The notes under the pieces: generated by a model
Database searches by the model: none
What the model saw: the letters and a program-made list of their open reading frames with translations, nothing else
What the model was told of the DNA's origin: nothing
Position numbers and translations under genes: made by a program
Shown here: positions 1 to 10,083 of the stretch, one piece after another
How positions within the stretch are numbered: the first letter of the stretch is position 1
How the letters are laid out: each line of letters starts with the position of its first letter
NCBI GenBank assembly: GCA_048938105.1
Contig: JBHLMN010000032.1
Coordinates: 1-25,096, forward strand
DNA from: Promethearchaeota archaeon
GTDB lineage: Archaea > Asgardarchaeota > Heimdallarchaeia > Hodarchaeales > Hodarchaeaceae
DNA length: 25,096 nucleotides
Direction: 5' to 3'

Positions 1-181
1 AAAATAATAAAAAAAAAACGACGATAACGTTTATCTCATGTCATATTATCTTCTAGTCTCCTCTTTAGAATAATAATGGTTGCATTGACCTCTAGCTTTT
101 TAAGATAAAATGAAATACTACTTCAAAAACTTAAAGATTGAATTTTATTAATTGATATTATCAAAAGGTGACGAATTTCTA

Positions 182-1591
182 ATGAAAACTAGAATTATTG
201 TAATAATGATATTTATAGTGTTATCCAACCTACAATTTACCTCTGGAATCACACTGATCAATAATGACTCTTTGATTACCAGTTTTTCAGAAAATATCTT
301 ATTATCCACTGTTGATTTTCCTTATTCACATCATGTTGAACCCACGTTGGCCATCAGTGAAACTGATGGAACGCTTTTTGCGGGATGGAAAAATGCTTAT
401 AGCCATAATGGGCCAGGTGTTCGTGTTAGCTTTTCAAAATCTACTAATGGGAAGAGTTGGTCAGAACCATTTGATATGCCAATGTTTGAAAATATAAATA
501 CTGGCCAATCAGATCCCTGGTTAGTGTGGCATGATGACACTCTTTATTATGCGTATTTAGAGTATTCAATGGACACTAATGAGCTATCTCAAATCACAGT
601 AGCTAAAAGCACTGACTCTGGAGAAACATGGAGGCCTGTTGCTGCTAGTTATGGTGATGGTTTTGCAGATAAAGAAACAATGACTGTAAGTAGCAATGGA
701 ACCATCTATGTTACTTATGATGATATTAATTATGACAAAAACTGTACAACTGTTCGTTTAACCCGTTCAACGGATAAAGGCAAAACATTTCACGAAATAG
801 GAGTGATTACAGATTCAATTTCCCAACCCGAAAGTCATCTTGGCCCTTATGTAATAACTGACAGTAAGAATGATGTATATGTTGCATGGATATGGTTCTC
901 AAATGAAGTGTGGGGAGATGTTTATGTAGTCGGATCAAAAGACCAAGGAGAAACCTTTTCCGAAGAGATTGATATTAATCCTGAAAGTGAAAATGCTACT
1001 TTTGAGAACACTTCTGATGAAAGCCCATCACAGGCTTCCTTACCCGTTCTTAAGTTTGATAATAATAATCGATTATACGCTTTGTGGGCTGAAAGATTTG
1101 AATCAGATGGAGCATGGGACGTATACATGAAATATTCTGATGATTATGGTCTGAATTGGAGTGAACGTTATCAAGTAAATCCTGACATTGCATACGATCA
1201 ATGGCAGCCTGATATGGATATTGATTCCAAGAATCGTTGTCATATTGTCTGGTATGATGAACATGAAGATACTTTTCGACCTTATTATCGTTTAATTACA
1301 TTTCCAGAGGATTCTACTGGAGAGATTTCTTATGGAGACCCAATTGCAATTGCTAGTGCGAATACATCTAGTTCTTTTACACGACCTGGGGATTACTTCA
1401 CAATCCGTGTTGACTCGAACGACATTCCTCATGTTGTATGGACTGATGGTCGTGAGGGTGAGATGGATATTTATTACAGTCACGGTATATCTGATTCTAC
1501 AGTCACTACTAGTACTACCTCTGCAGTTACTTTTACTGGTTTATGGATTCTAATTCCAATATTTATAGCATTATTACGGAAAAAACGATGA
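182..1591 (+). CDS. Secreted, C-terminally anchored BNR/Asp-box (sialidase-like) beta-propeller protein
   Basis: Signal peptide from ATG 182 (MKTRIIVIMIFIVLS). Five Asp-box-like motifs: SKSTNGKSW, AKSTDSGETW, TRSTDKGKTF, GSKDQGETF, YSDDYGLNW. C-terminus has a Thr/Ser linker, a TM helix and RKKR. Confidence 0.8.
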   Translation: MKTRIIVIMIFIVLSNLQFTSGITLINNDSLITSFSENILLSTVDFPYSHHVEPTLAISETDGTLFAGWKNAYSHNGPGVRVSFSKSTNGKSWSEPFDMPMFENINTGQSDPWLVWHDDTLYYAYLEYSMDTNELSQITVAKSTDSGETWRPVAASYGDGFADKETMTVSSNGTIYVTYDDINYDKNCTTVRLTRSTDKGKTFHEIGVITDSISQPESHLGPYVITDSKNDVYVAWIWFSNEVWGDVYVVGSKDQGETFSEEIDINPESENATFENTSDESPSQASLPVLKFDNNNRLYALWAERFESDGAWDVYMKYSDDYGLNWSERYQVNPDIAYDQWQPDMDIDSKNRCHIVWYDEHEDTFRPYYRLITFPEDSTGEISYGDPIAIASANTSSSFTRPGDYFTIRVDSNDIPHVVWTDGREGEMDIYYSHGISDSTVTTSTTSAVTFTGLWILIPIFIALLRKKR

Positions 1592-1620
1592 ATTATGTTT
1601 TTTCCCTCCTCTTTCAGTTA

Positions 1621-1914
1621 TCAGATAAGGTCATCTGGCGATATCTCAGGGGAACGAGGCTGTAATGCAACTTCATATTTTGGTATTCTTCGATCTTGAG
1701 AGTATCGACTTTTAAGAGGAAGAGGAACTCTTTTAATTAGTCCTAGCTCAATAAGATTATGTTTGAAAATGTCGATATCATATTTTCCAGGTTTGTAACT
1801 ATTAAAAAGTTCTTGGCGGGTGACTGGTCTGTTATATTCATTATTGTGTTCATAAATTACCTTATATAGGTTCTTTCCTATTTCAGCTAGTAAATTTCTT
1901 CCAAACGTGCTTAT
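1621..1914 (-). CDS. Small putative winged-helix DNA-binding protein, absent from the ORF track
   Basis: Open frame of 97 codons (ISTFGRNLLAEIGKNLYKVIYEHNNEYNRPVTRQELFNSYKPGKYDIDIFKHNLIELGLIKRVPLPLKSRYSQDRRIPKYEVALQPRSPEISPDDLI*) fills the gap between two genes. wHTH-like pattern (PVTRQEL...NLIELGLIKR). No in-frame ATG/GTG/TTG; the first codon is ATA. Confidence 0.55.
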   Translation of the reverse strand: MSTFGRNLLAEIGKNLYKVIYEHNNEYNRPVTRQELFNSYKPGKYDIDIFKHNLIELGLIKRVPLPLKSRYSQDRRIPKYEVALQPRSPEISPDDLI

Positions 1915-1986
1915 TTAATTATTTCTTCATTTTCTTTTTGTGCCCCGTTTTGTTGATTAAAAACAATATTATACAACGTAAGGATA

Positions 1987-2760
1987 GTGCTGAAGATTAG
2001 TCTATCAAATTTTAACCAAAAACAGAATACTGATAGTGAAGATTGTCCTATTTGCTTTCAAAATGTAAGTTTCGTGATAAATTCAAATCAAATCTTATCA
2101 GACATATCTGTTAAAATTGATCGAAAAGGGATAACTGGAATTATAGGGCCGTCTGGTTCGGGTAAGACTACATTTTTACGCCTGTTGAATCGTTTAAACT
2201 CAGCATCAACAGGACAGATCAGTCTAGAGGGGGAAGATTATGAATCGATTCCTGTTCGTGAATTACGGAAAAGGATCGGTTTGGTTCAGCAGAGAGCGAA
2301 TCTTTTTCCCGAAACTGTAAGGGATAATCTAAATTATGGACCTGAAATTTGGGGGGATAAATATACAGAAGAAGATCTTATTGATCTTCTTGCAAAAGTT
2401 GCTTTACCTAAAGAATTTTTAGACAGAAACGTTGAAAATTTGTCAGGGGGAGAGCAACAACGTGTTTCTGTTGCTAGAAGTTTAGCAAATAAACCTGAAA
2501 TCCTCCTCCTGGATGAACCAACCAGTGCTTTAGATATTGTTTCTGAGGAGATTTTGGAAGAGACAATAAATAACTTAGCCCTAGATGGAATAAAGATAAT
2601 TATCGTTACTCACTCCTTAGAACAAACAAAAAGATTAACTGACCAATTGTTATTTTTAAGAGAGGGAAAATTCATAGAAAAAACTTCAACTAAAGAATTT
2701 TTTCAGAAATACAACGAGAAGGAGATAAGAGGATTTTTTAAAAAGAAGGAGAGTAGATAA
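1987..2760 (+). CDS. ABC transporter ATP-binding subunit (FetA/YbbL-like)
   Basis: Walker A GPSGSGKT, signature LSGGEQQR, Walker B LLLDEP, H-loop VTH; adjacent to a FetB-type permease. Confidence 0.9.
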   Translation: MLKISLSNFNQKQNTDSEDCPICFQNVSFVINSNQILSDISVKIDRKGITGIIGPSGSGKTTFLRLLNRLNSASTGQISLEGEDYESIPVRELRKRIGLVQQRANLFPETVRDNLNYGPEIWGDKYTEEDLIDLLAKVALPKEFLDRNVENLSGGEQQRVSVARSLANKPEILLLDEPTSALDIVSEEILEETINNLALDGIKIIIVTHSLEQTKRLTDQLLFLREGKFIEKTSTKEFFQKYNEKEIRGFFKKKESR

Positions 2761-2763
2761 AAC

Positions 2764-3564
2764 TTGAGTTTTCCCACTGAAACTGAAATTACTACCATGA
2801 TAATTAGTATAACATTTTCAATTCTTCTTTTGACATTACTAGTACTATTGTCTTACTGGCAGAAAATTAAAATGGAAAAAGCTTTCATTTGGAGCTTTGG
2901 TCGTGGATTTATTCAAATCCTTCTTATGGCTTCTGTATTAATACTCATTTTTGAATTAAAAGAGTTATTGATTCTTTATAGCGTTCTCTTATTTATGTGT
3001 GTATTTGCAGCTTACACAGCAAAGAACCGATTTCCCTATCCAAACATATTCAAGCTGGAATTGATAGCAATAACGACAGGAAGTATAATTGTCATGGTAT
3101 TTGTTACTTCATTTCCTCCTCAAACTCCCATAATTGTACAGGAGGGGACATATATAATACCAATGGGAGGAATGGTTATAGCAAACGTTATGGTTATGAC
3201 AACAATTGTACTAGAAAGAATAATTGCTGATGTTAAAAAGTCAAGAGGAGTAATTGAAGCAGCATTATCATTAGGTGATAGTTCTTGGAACTCAGTGAAA
3301 CCAATATTGAAAGAGTCTTTCCGTGCTGGACTTCTACCTACAACTAACCGTGTTGCAGTACTTGGGATCGTTACTATTCCAGGTCTAATGTCGGGTATGA
3401 TCATAGGAGGGGTGAATCCGATAGTTGCTGCTGTTTACCAGGTGGTCATTTTCTTAATGATTCTGTCAGCAGGATTCATTGGTGAAATACTGATTGGTTT
3501 CTTATTTGTTAAGGAATTATTTACTACAGAAGATCAGCTTAAGAATTCATGGTTCGAGAGGTAG
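2764..3564 (+). CDS. fetB: ABC transporter permease, UPF0014/FetB (YbbM) family
   Basis: Multiple TM helices; family-typical RGFIQ, IIPMGGMVIAN, IEAALSLG and GIVTIPGLMSGMIIGG-NPIVAAVYQ. Confidence 0.85.
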   Translation: MSFPTETEITTMIISITFSILLLTLLVLLSYWQKIKMEKAFIWSFGRGFIQILLMASVLILIFELKELLILYSVLLFMCVFAAYTAKNRFPYPNIFKLELIAITTGSIIVMVFVTSFPPQTPIIVQEGTYIIPMGGMVIANVMVMTTIVLERIIADVKKSRGVIEAALSLGDSSWNSVKPILKESFRAGLLPTTNRVAVLGIVTIPGLMSGMIIGGVNPIVAAVYQVVIFLMILSAGFIGEILIGFLFVKELFTTEDQLKNSWFER

Positions 3565-3570
3565 AATGAA

Positions 3571-5019
3571 ATGAAAGAAAGGGTATTAAGCGAACTAGAA
3601 CCAAAAATTGTATGGAAATTGTTTGAGGATATTTCTCAGATCCCCCGTGAGTCGAAAAAAGAAGAAAGGATCCGTGAATGGGTAAAAGATTGGGGAAATA
3701 ATAGGAATATAAAGATTAGAGAAGATCAAGCAGGGAACATTTTGCTTTCTGTCCCCTCTTCAAAGGGATGTGAAGAGTATCCAGGAATAATAATACAAGC
3801 CCATCTAGATATGGTTGCTCAAAAAATCCCTGAAAGCTCCCATGATTTTAATAAAGATCCTATACCGATAAAAGTTGTTAATGATTATGTCACAGCTGAC
3901 GGTACAACTTTGGGGGCAGATAATGGAGTTGGGATTGCGATAGCACTTGCAGCAATTAGTGATCCTGATCCTAAACACGGTCCCATTGATGTTCTGTTAA
4001 CTGTCGATGAAGAAACAGGGTTAACTGGTGCTTTTGCGCTAGAGAAAGAATTTTTTAACTACAAATATCTTCTTAACTTGGACTCAGAGGATGAAGGAGA
4101 AATAACTGTTTCTAGTGCTGGAGGAGGAGACACGAAATTCATTCTACCAGTTACTTGGGATACCAAAACATCATTGACAGGATTTAAACTCACTGTAGGA
4201 GGTTTAAATGGAGGACATTCTGGAGTAGATATTAATAAATCACGACTTAATGCTATCAAAGTATTGGTAGAGGGATTAATAAATATTCGTCAAAAAACAG
4301 GTCGAGATTTCTATATTTGTTCGATCAATGGAGGAAGTGCTCATAATGCCATTCCTCGTGATGCTGATTGTGAGTTTCTTGTAGATCATGCAGAGGCTAC
4401 TAAACAAATGTTTTATGAATGGGGAAGACAAATTAAAAGCTATCGCATTAATGAACCTAAAATTAAGGTGGATCTGCAAGAAACGTCCATTGATTCATGT
4501 GTAGCTTCAACAAACTCAATTATCACATTATTATATGAAATACCCCATGGGGCTCTGGCTTTCTCTGAAGATATTCCAGATCTAGTCGAAACTTCTAATA
4601 ATCTTGCATTAGTGAAGACTTTATCAGACTCAATTGAGATAGTAGCAAGTACTCGTAGTTCTATCAATGAGGAATTACATCGATTGAGAACTGAATTGAA
4701 AGAACTTGGAAAGAGAGTATCTGCAGAAGTAATTCAGAGTCCAGCATATCCAGGTTGGAAGCTTGATTTAGATTCACCGTTTCTAAATTTAATCAAAGAA
4801 GAATACGATCGAGAGTATGGTAAGGAGTCAAAACTAAAAGCCGTTCATGCAGGACTGGAAACTGGTCTATTTAAAGGAATAGATCCTGATTTACAGCTTG
4901 TATCCATTGGACCAGAAATTAAAGATGCACACTCACCTCAGGAAAGAGTCTATATCAAGTCAGTAGAATTAATTTGGCGAATTGTTGTAGCTGTACTATC
5001 TAAACTAAATCAAATTTAG
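3571..5019 (+). CDS. pepD: Aminoacyl-histidine dipeptidase (peptidase M20C, PepD)
   Basis: QAHLDMV, GTTLGADNG, TVDEETGL, LNLDSE, GGHSG, HAGLE and AHSPQE metal-binding motifs. Confidence 0.93.
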   Translation: MKERVLSELEPKIVWKLFEDISQIPRESKKEERIREWVKDWGNNRNIKIREDQAGNILLSVPSSKGCEEYPGIIIQAHLDMVAQKIPESSHDFNKDPIPIKVVNDYVTADGTTLGADNGVGIAIALAAISDPDPKHGPIDVLLTVDEETGLTGAFALEKEFFNYKYLLNLDSEDEGEITVSSAGGGDTKFILPVTWDTKTSLTGFKLTVGGLNGGHSGVDINKSRLNAIKVLVEGLINIRQKTGRDFYICSINGGSAHNAIPRDADCEFLVDHAEATKQMFYEWGRQIKSYRINEPKIKVDLQETSIDSCVASTNSIITLLYEIPHGALAFSEDIPDLVETSNNLALVKTLSDSIEIVASTRSSINEELHRLRTELKELGKRVSAEVIQSPAYPGWKLDLDSPFLNLIKEEYDREYGKESKLKAVHAGLETGLFKGIDPDLQLVSIGPEIKDAHSPQERVYIKSVELIWRIVVAVLSKLNQI

Positions 5020-5046
5020 TTTTTCTATAAGAAGGAGAACCAATAG

Positions 5047-5706
5047 ATGGTTCACATTCGACCTTACCAGCCTAGAGATCGAAAAGGTGTGATAAATGTA
5101 TGCTGGCAAACTGGTTATATGGGAAAAAGTGCGGCTGGACATTTTGATGATCCATATCTCTTTGGACTATTATTTTGTTTATATTATATTGATCACGAAC
5201 CTGAGAACTGTTTTGTGGCTGTCGATGAAGAAACTGAACAAGTGGTAGGATATATTTTAAGTAGTATAGATTCTAAAAAGCAAGAAGAAAATTTTCGAAA
5301 AAAAATGATTCGTAAAATTACTTTAAGGGCGTTTCTATACACAATATGGCGTTATCCAAGGACTTTCCGTGTTTTATGGCATTTCAAGAAGATTTGGGAG
5401 AAGGAACCTAAGATTGATAATGAAAAAACTCTTTTAGAAACGTACCCAGCACACCTTCACATCGATATCCTTCCTGAATACCAAAGACAAGGTATTGGTA
5501 CCCAATTAATGGAAACCCTTGAAATTCATCTTAAGAATCTCAATGTTGAAGGAGTCCATCTCGGAACAAGTGAACAAAATGTTAATGCTGTTCGATTCTA
5601 TCAAAAGTTAAATTTCTCATTGATTTATGAAGGATCGAGTGATTATGGGATGTGGCCAGATGCTCCTGAAATTAAATCATTAATTTTTGCAAAAGAAATT
5701 GGATAG
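5047..5706 (+). CDS. GNAT family N-acetyltransferase
   Basis: HLHIDILPEYQRQGIG acetyl-CoA-binding motif A; NVNAVRFYQKLNF. Confidence 0.9.
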   Translation: MVHIRPYQPRDRKGVINVCWQTGYMGKSAAGHFDDPYLFGLLFCLYYIDHEPENCFVAVDEETEQVVGYILSSIDSKKQEENFRKKMIRKITLRAFLYTIWRYPRTFRVLWHFKKIWEKEPKIDNEKTLLETYPAHLHIDILPEYQRQGIGTQLMETLEIHLKNLNVEGVHLGTSEQNVNAVRFYQKLNFSLIYEGSSDYGMWPDAPEIKSLIFAKEIG

Positions 5707-5717
5707 TGGGTTTGATA

Positions 5718-6545
5718 TCAAGCAATTAATATTGATTCAATCATAAAAAACCCAATTATGAAAAGTGACACAATTACTATTAATGATATTTGCTCTGAAC
5801 GAATATGGGTACGAATTCTACAACCAATCTCACTTCCCAATGTTAAGCCTAAAGTTAAAGGAATAAAAAGAAGTGACAAATGCCCATAAAGAATATGAGT
5901 CATTCCTCCTACAGCTGAAGTTATAATGATCATAAATGTGGCCGTAGCTGTAGCAATGCGTGGAGGAATAGCAAAGCCTAAAATCATCAAAGGTGTAGTT
6001 ATCCATCCGCATCCTAGACCCAACATTCCTGCAATTATTCCTATAAAAAAGCCTGCAATTGTTAAAGCAAAGATACCAACAGTATATGATTCTTTATCTG
6101 TGTTTGAGTTCAGAGAAGGGCCAATAGCAGCAAGTCTTTTAATCCACTTTCCTTGGTTATTTGGTTGGAAACCTTGTTTTCTATATTTTCTGATCATTAA
6201 GGATCCCATAAGAAATGATAAAAAACCAAAAATTATTTCTAGTAGCTCTGAGGGAAGTATAGCAGTCAAACTTGCCCCAATAAACGCACCTATCGCAGTA
6301 GGTATTTCAAATATTAATCCTAGCCTGAAATTTACCTCTTTTTGACGATTATTTCGATATGTAGCCGCGATTGAAGGAAGAAAAAGAGCAACCAAGGAAT
6401 TAGCTACTGCTTCTTCAATAGGAATTTCAAATATAATGATCAAAATTGGTACAATAAAAACTCCACCGCCAAATCCAGCGATAACGCCAATCGTACCCAC
6501 TAGAATACATATTCCCAATAAAATGAGAAAAAACAATGGATCCAC
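5718..6545 (-). CDS. TauE/SafE (TSUP) family membrane transporter
   Basis: About 8 TM helices; duplicated GFGGGVFIVP / GLGCGWITTP motifs. Confidence 0.88.
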   Translation of the reverse strand: MDPLFFLILLGICILVGTIGVIAGFGGGVFIVPILIIIFEIPIEEAVANSLVALFLPSIAATYRNNRQKEVNFRLGLIFEIPTAIGAFIGASLTAILPSELLEIIFGFLSFLMGSLMIRKYRKQGFQPNNQGKWIKRLAAIGPSLNSNTDKESYTVGIFALTIAGFFIGIIAGMLGLGCGWITTPLMILGFAIPPRIATATATFMIIITSAVGGMTHILYGHLSLLFIPLTLGLTLGSEIGCRIRTHIRSEQISLIVIVSLFIIGFFMIESILIA

Positions 6546-6637
6546 GAAATTCAGCTCTACAAAGATATGAATTAAAGATAAGAGGCACTTTTATGTTATG
6601 TTTTAAATGATAACGAAGTTGATCTGAAAAACATCAC

Positions 6638-7804
6638 TTACTTCTTTTGATTTGCGATCTTCTCCATAAGTGTTCCATCTCGGATCCATTTTTGGGCACG
6701 GAAAACTTCTTTACCATATTTATCAGCCAATTCATCAAGAATTATTGTTAATTTAGCTGGGTCAGTGTTTTCAGCAAGCTCAAACGGTCCCATAGGATTA
6801 TTGAAGGCTAAAATCATCCCAGTATTTATGTCTTTAACAGTACCTATACCTTCTTCAAGTAATTTGGCTGCCTCATTGATTTGTAACTGCATGGGTATAA
6901 TCATATCAAAGTCAGCTGGATTTGATAAGTCAATTTCAGGTTTCCCACCTTCCCAGTTGTAAATTCCTTTACCAGTTTTTTTACCAAGCTTGTTTTCTTT
7001 CATTAGCTTATGCATCGTTGGAGTTGGGGTGTAGTCTCTTGATAAGCGTTCAGAAAGGTATTTCATGCTATCATACACAATATCTAATCCAAGATAATCT
7101 TGGAGCTGATATGGACCAATTATACTCCCCATGTTCATAGCAGCCGCATCAATCTTTTCAGGAGGGTATTCTTTTCTATCAAGCATTAGATTCAGTAATA
7201 ATGTGCCTGGTGCTATTATTCGATTACAAATAAAACCAGGACTATCTTTAGAGAGAATTGAAGTTTTATTTGATTTCTTTATGAAATCAATAATGACATT
7301 TAAGCTCTCTTCAGAAGTTTTATCACCTTTTACAATTTCGACTATTGGCATTAAGACTGGAGGATTAAAGAAATGTGTCCCAATAACTTTCTCAGGACGT
7401 TGAGTCACAGCACCAATTTCTGTTATACTCATATTACTTGTGTTAGAGGCAAGAATAGCATGTATTGGCGCCACTTTGTCTAAGTTACTAAAGATTTTCT
7501 TTTTGAGATCCAGTTTCTCTGGTGCTGCTTCAATACATAGATCTGCTTTTTTAGCTGCTTCATTAAGGTCAGTTGTTAAACTTAAATTGTTCATAAAATT
7601 CTTATAGTCGTCTTCAGAGACTTTATCCTTCTTTATCAATCTTTTAAAGGACCATTCAATCTTCAATTTTCCATTTTCAACAATCTTATTGTTGACATCA
7701 TAAAGTGAAACACTATAACCAGACAACAGAGCTACTTGCGCAATGCTGTGGCCCATAGCACCTGCTCCAATAACAGCAATATGTTTTATATCATCTATTT
7801 TCAC
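6638..7804 (-). CDS. 3-hydroxyacyl-CoA dehydrogenase (HADH only; paralogue of the adjacent fusion gene)
   Basis: GAGAMG Rossmann motif, EAAPE, LASNTS, HFFNPP, PGFICNR, GKKTGKG; two C-terminal dimerisation domains. Confidence 0.92.
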   Translation of the reverse strand: MKIDDIKHIAVIGAGAMGHSIAQVALLSGYSVSLYDVNNKIVENGKLKIEWSFKRLIKKDKVSEDDYKNFMNNLSLTTDLNEAAKKADLCIEAAPEKLDLKKKIFSNLDKVAPIHAILASNTSNMSITEIGAVTQRPEKVIGTHFFNPPVLMPIVEIVKGDKTSEESLNVIIDFIKKSNKTSILSKDSPGFICNRIIAPGTLLLNLMLDRKEYPPEKIDAAAMNMGSIIGPYQLQDYLGLDIVYDSMKYLSERLSRDYTPTPTMHKLMKENKLGKKTGKGIYNWEGGKPEIDLSNPADFDMIIPMQLQINEAAKLLEEGIGTVKDINTGMILAFNNPMGPFELAENTDPAKLTIILDELADKYGKEVFRAQKWIRDGTLMEKIANQKK

Positions 7805-8019
7805 TTCAACTTCCGCCTTTCTTGAAATAAATAATATTTAAAGTCAATAAAATAAGCTCTAATAATATATTTTCTACTAATAGTTATTAGCAAACTGCTT
7901 TAGATTAAAGCTATTTGTAAGTTTCAGTTCTATTAAGAAGAGAAGTAATAAAATAAAAGGAATAATCCGCAAAAAGGTGATGTATTCTGAGATCTAAAAT
8001 TTCTTGATTTTAAAAATTC

Positions 8020-8046
8020 CAGAAAAAAGAGGGAAAAAAAAGAGGA
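8020..8046 (-). terminator. Pyrimidine/T-rich archaeal-type terminator
   Basis: The minus strand reads as a T/C tract (ccTcTTTTTTTTcccTcTTTTTTcT) starting about 12 nt after the stop at 8059. Confidence 0.45.
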
Positions 8047-8058
8047 ATGGTTACTCAA

Positions 8059-10029
8059 TTATCTGTATTTGAACTCTGGTTTCTTTTTCTGCATGAAGGA
8101 CATAACACCTTCTTGGAGATCTTCTGTAGTGAAATTAAGAGCAGAACCATAACTTTCCCATTCGAGGCCTACATCAAGGGGAATTTGACTCCCGAAGTTA
8201 ACTAATTGTTTGACTATACCAACTGAGATGGGAGCACTTCTAAGTGCAATTTTTTTGGCGACTTCATAGACTTCTTTTTCAAAATCTTCATCGTCAATCG
8301 CACGATTGATCAATCCCATTTTGAAAGCTCGTTTGGCTTCAATCCGTTCCCCCGTAAGAATCAGTTCCATAGTTTTACCAATACCTAGGTGTCGAACCAT
8401 TAGTTGTGTACCACCCCAACCTGGGATTAATCCTAGAGTCACTTCAGTCAGTCCCATCTTAGCACTCTTTTTAGCAAAACGTAGATCGCAGCTCATTGCT
8501 AGTTCTAATCCCCCACCAAATGCATATCGTTCTATTGCTGCAATAACTGGCTTGGGGACATCACGAAAACGTTTGAAAGTTCGTTGGCCTCTCACAACAC
8601 CCTTTTTCACGTCCCAAGCGCTGTCGTAAAGACCTGATGACATGTCAAATCCACCCGAGAAACAATTTGCTGCGCCTCGTAATACTATCACACGAGTATC
8701 ATTGTCATCAACAAGGAGATCTATAGCATTTCCAAGATCAGTTAATAGCTGTGTATCCATCAGATTTAGTGGAGGACGATTCATCAAAAGTGTTGTGACA
8801 AAATTTTCTGGATCCTTAATGATTTTAACGGTTTCAAATTCATAAGGAGATTTTTTCTCTTCTTTTACTACACCTTTTGCACGATCAGGTAATGATCCAT
8901 CTCGAATCCAATCATGGGCTCGGTAAACTTCTTTACCATATTTATCTGCTAAACCATCTAAAAATTCGGTTAATTCCTTTAAATCAGTTGTCTCAGCCAT
9001 CTCTATTGGACCAAAAGGGTTATTAAATCCCTTTTTCATGGCAATATCGATTTCCTTGGCGGTAGTTAGACCCTCTTCCAACACTTTTGCAGCTTCATTG
9101 ATTTGAATCCGTAATAGATTCATTAGATCAAAATCAGCTGATTTTTCGCCAATCTCTGGTCTTCCTACCTCTGGCCATTTATAAATTCCAGAACCTGTCT
9201 TTTTTCCAAGCTTCTTTTCTTTGAATAACTTTTCTAAGCTAGCAGGAGGTTTGTAATCTTTGTGAAGACGATCCCCAAAGTAGTTTAAGAGATGATAGGA
9301 TATATCTAGACCTGTAAAGTCAGCTAATTCATAAATACCCATCCTCATACCCATATTCATACATGCTCTATCAACCTCTGCAGGGTCGTATTCTTTCCTA
9401 TCATACATGAGATACATCCACAACATTGTAGGAGCATTTATTCTATTCGCGATGAATCCTGGGCTGTCTCTCTTACATACAACTGGATCTTTAAGAGATT
9501 TCTTGGAAAAATCAACGAGAATCTTTATCGTTTCATCAGAGGTTTTAGCACCCTTGGTAATTTCAATCAACTGCATCATAACAGGGGGATTGAAATAATG
9601 AAGTCCTGCTACCTTTTCTGGCCTGTTTGTGGCAGCTCCAATTTCATCAATACTCATACTAGAAGTATTTGAAGCTAATATTGCGTTTTTTGGAGCAAAT
9701 TTGTCTAAATTTCCAAAGATTTCTTTCTTAAGATCCAATATCTCAGGAGCAGCTTCGATGCAAAGATCAGCATTTTTAACAGCTTCTTCTAAATTTATTG
9801 TTGTAGTAAGGTTACTCATGTACTTCTTGTAATCACTTTCAGAGATTCGTGCTTTTTCAACAAATTTCTGAAGACTCCAGTCAATTCGACTTTTTCCTTT
9901 TTCAACAAATTCATTTGCGATATCATACATACTTACTGTATATCCAGTCATGAGAGCTACTTCTGCGATGCCATGGCCCATGTCACCGGCCCCAATGACT
10001 GCAACGTGCTTAATATCATCAATTTTCAT
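8059..10029 (-). CDS. Bifunctional 3-hydroxyacyl-CoA dehydrogenase / enoyl-CoA hydratase (archaeal HADH-ECH order)
   Basis: N-terminal GAGDMG, ASNTSS, HYFNPP; C-terminal crotonase motifs FSGGFD, AFGGGLEL, EVTLGLIPGWGGTQ. Confidence 0.95.
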   Translation of the reverse strand: MKIDDIKHVAVIGAGDMGHGIAEVALMTGYTVSMYDIANEFVEKGKSRIDWSLQKFVEKARISESDYKKYMSNLTTTINLEEAVKNADLCIEAAPEILDLKKEIFGNLDKFAPKNAILASNTSSMSIDEIGAATNRPEKVAGLHYFNPPVMMQLIEITKGAKTSDETIKILVDFSKKSLKDPVVCKRDSPGFIANRINAPTMLWMYLMYDRKEYDPAEVDRACMNMGMRMGIYELADFTGLDISYHLLNYFGDRLHKDYKPPASLEKLFKEKKLGKKTGSGIYKWPEVGRPEIGEKSADFDLMNLLRIQINEAAKVLEEGLTTAKEIDIAMKKGFNNPFGPIEMAETTDLKELTEFLDGLADKYGKEVYRAHDWIRDGSLPDRAKGVVKEEKKSPYEFETVKIIKDPENFVTTLLMNRPPLNLMDTQLLTDLGNAIDLLVDDNDTRVIVLRGAANCFSGGFDMSSGLYDSAWDVKKGVVRGQRTFKRFRDVPKPVIAAIERYAFGGGLELAMSCDLRFAKKSAKMGLTEVTLGLIPGWGGTQLMVRHLGIGKTMELILTGERIEAKRAFKMGLINRAIDDEDFEKEVYEVAKKIALRSAPISVGIVKQLVNFGSQIPLDVGLEWESYGSALNFTTEDLQEGVMSFMQKKKPEFKYR

Positions 10030-10083
10030 AATTTATTCACCCTTTAAGCAATTTATTTCGAAATAATTAAGTCAAACTAAAGT

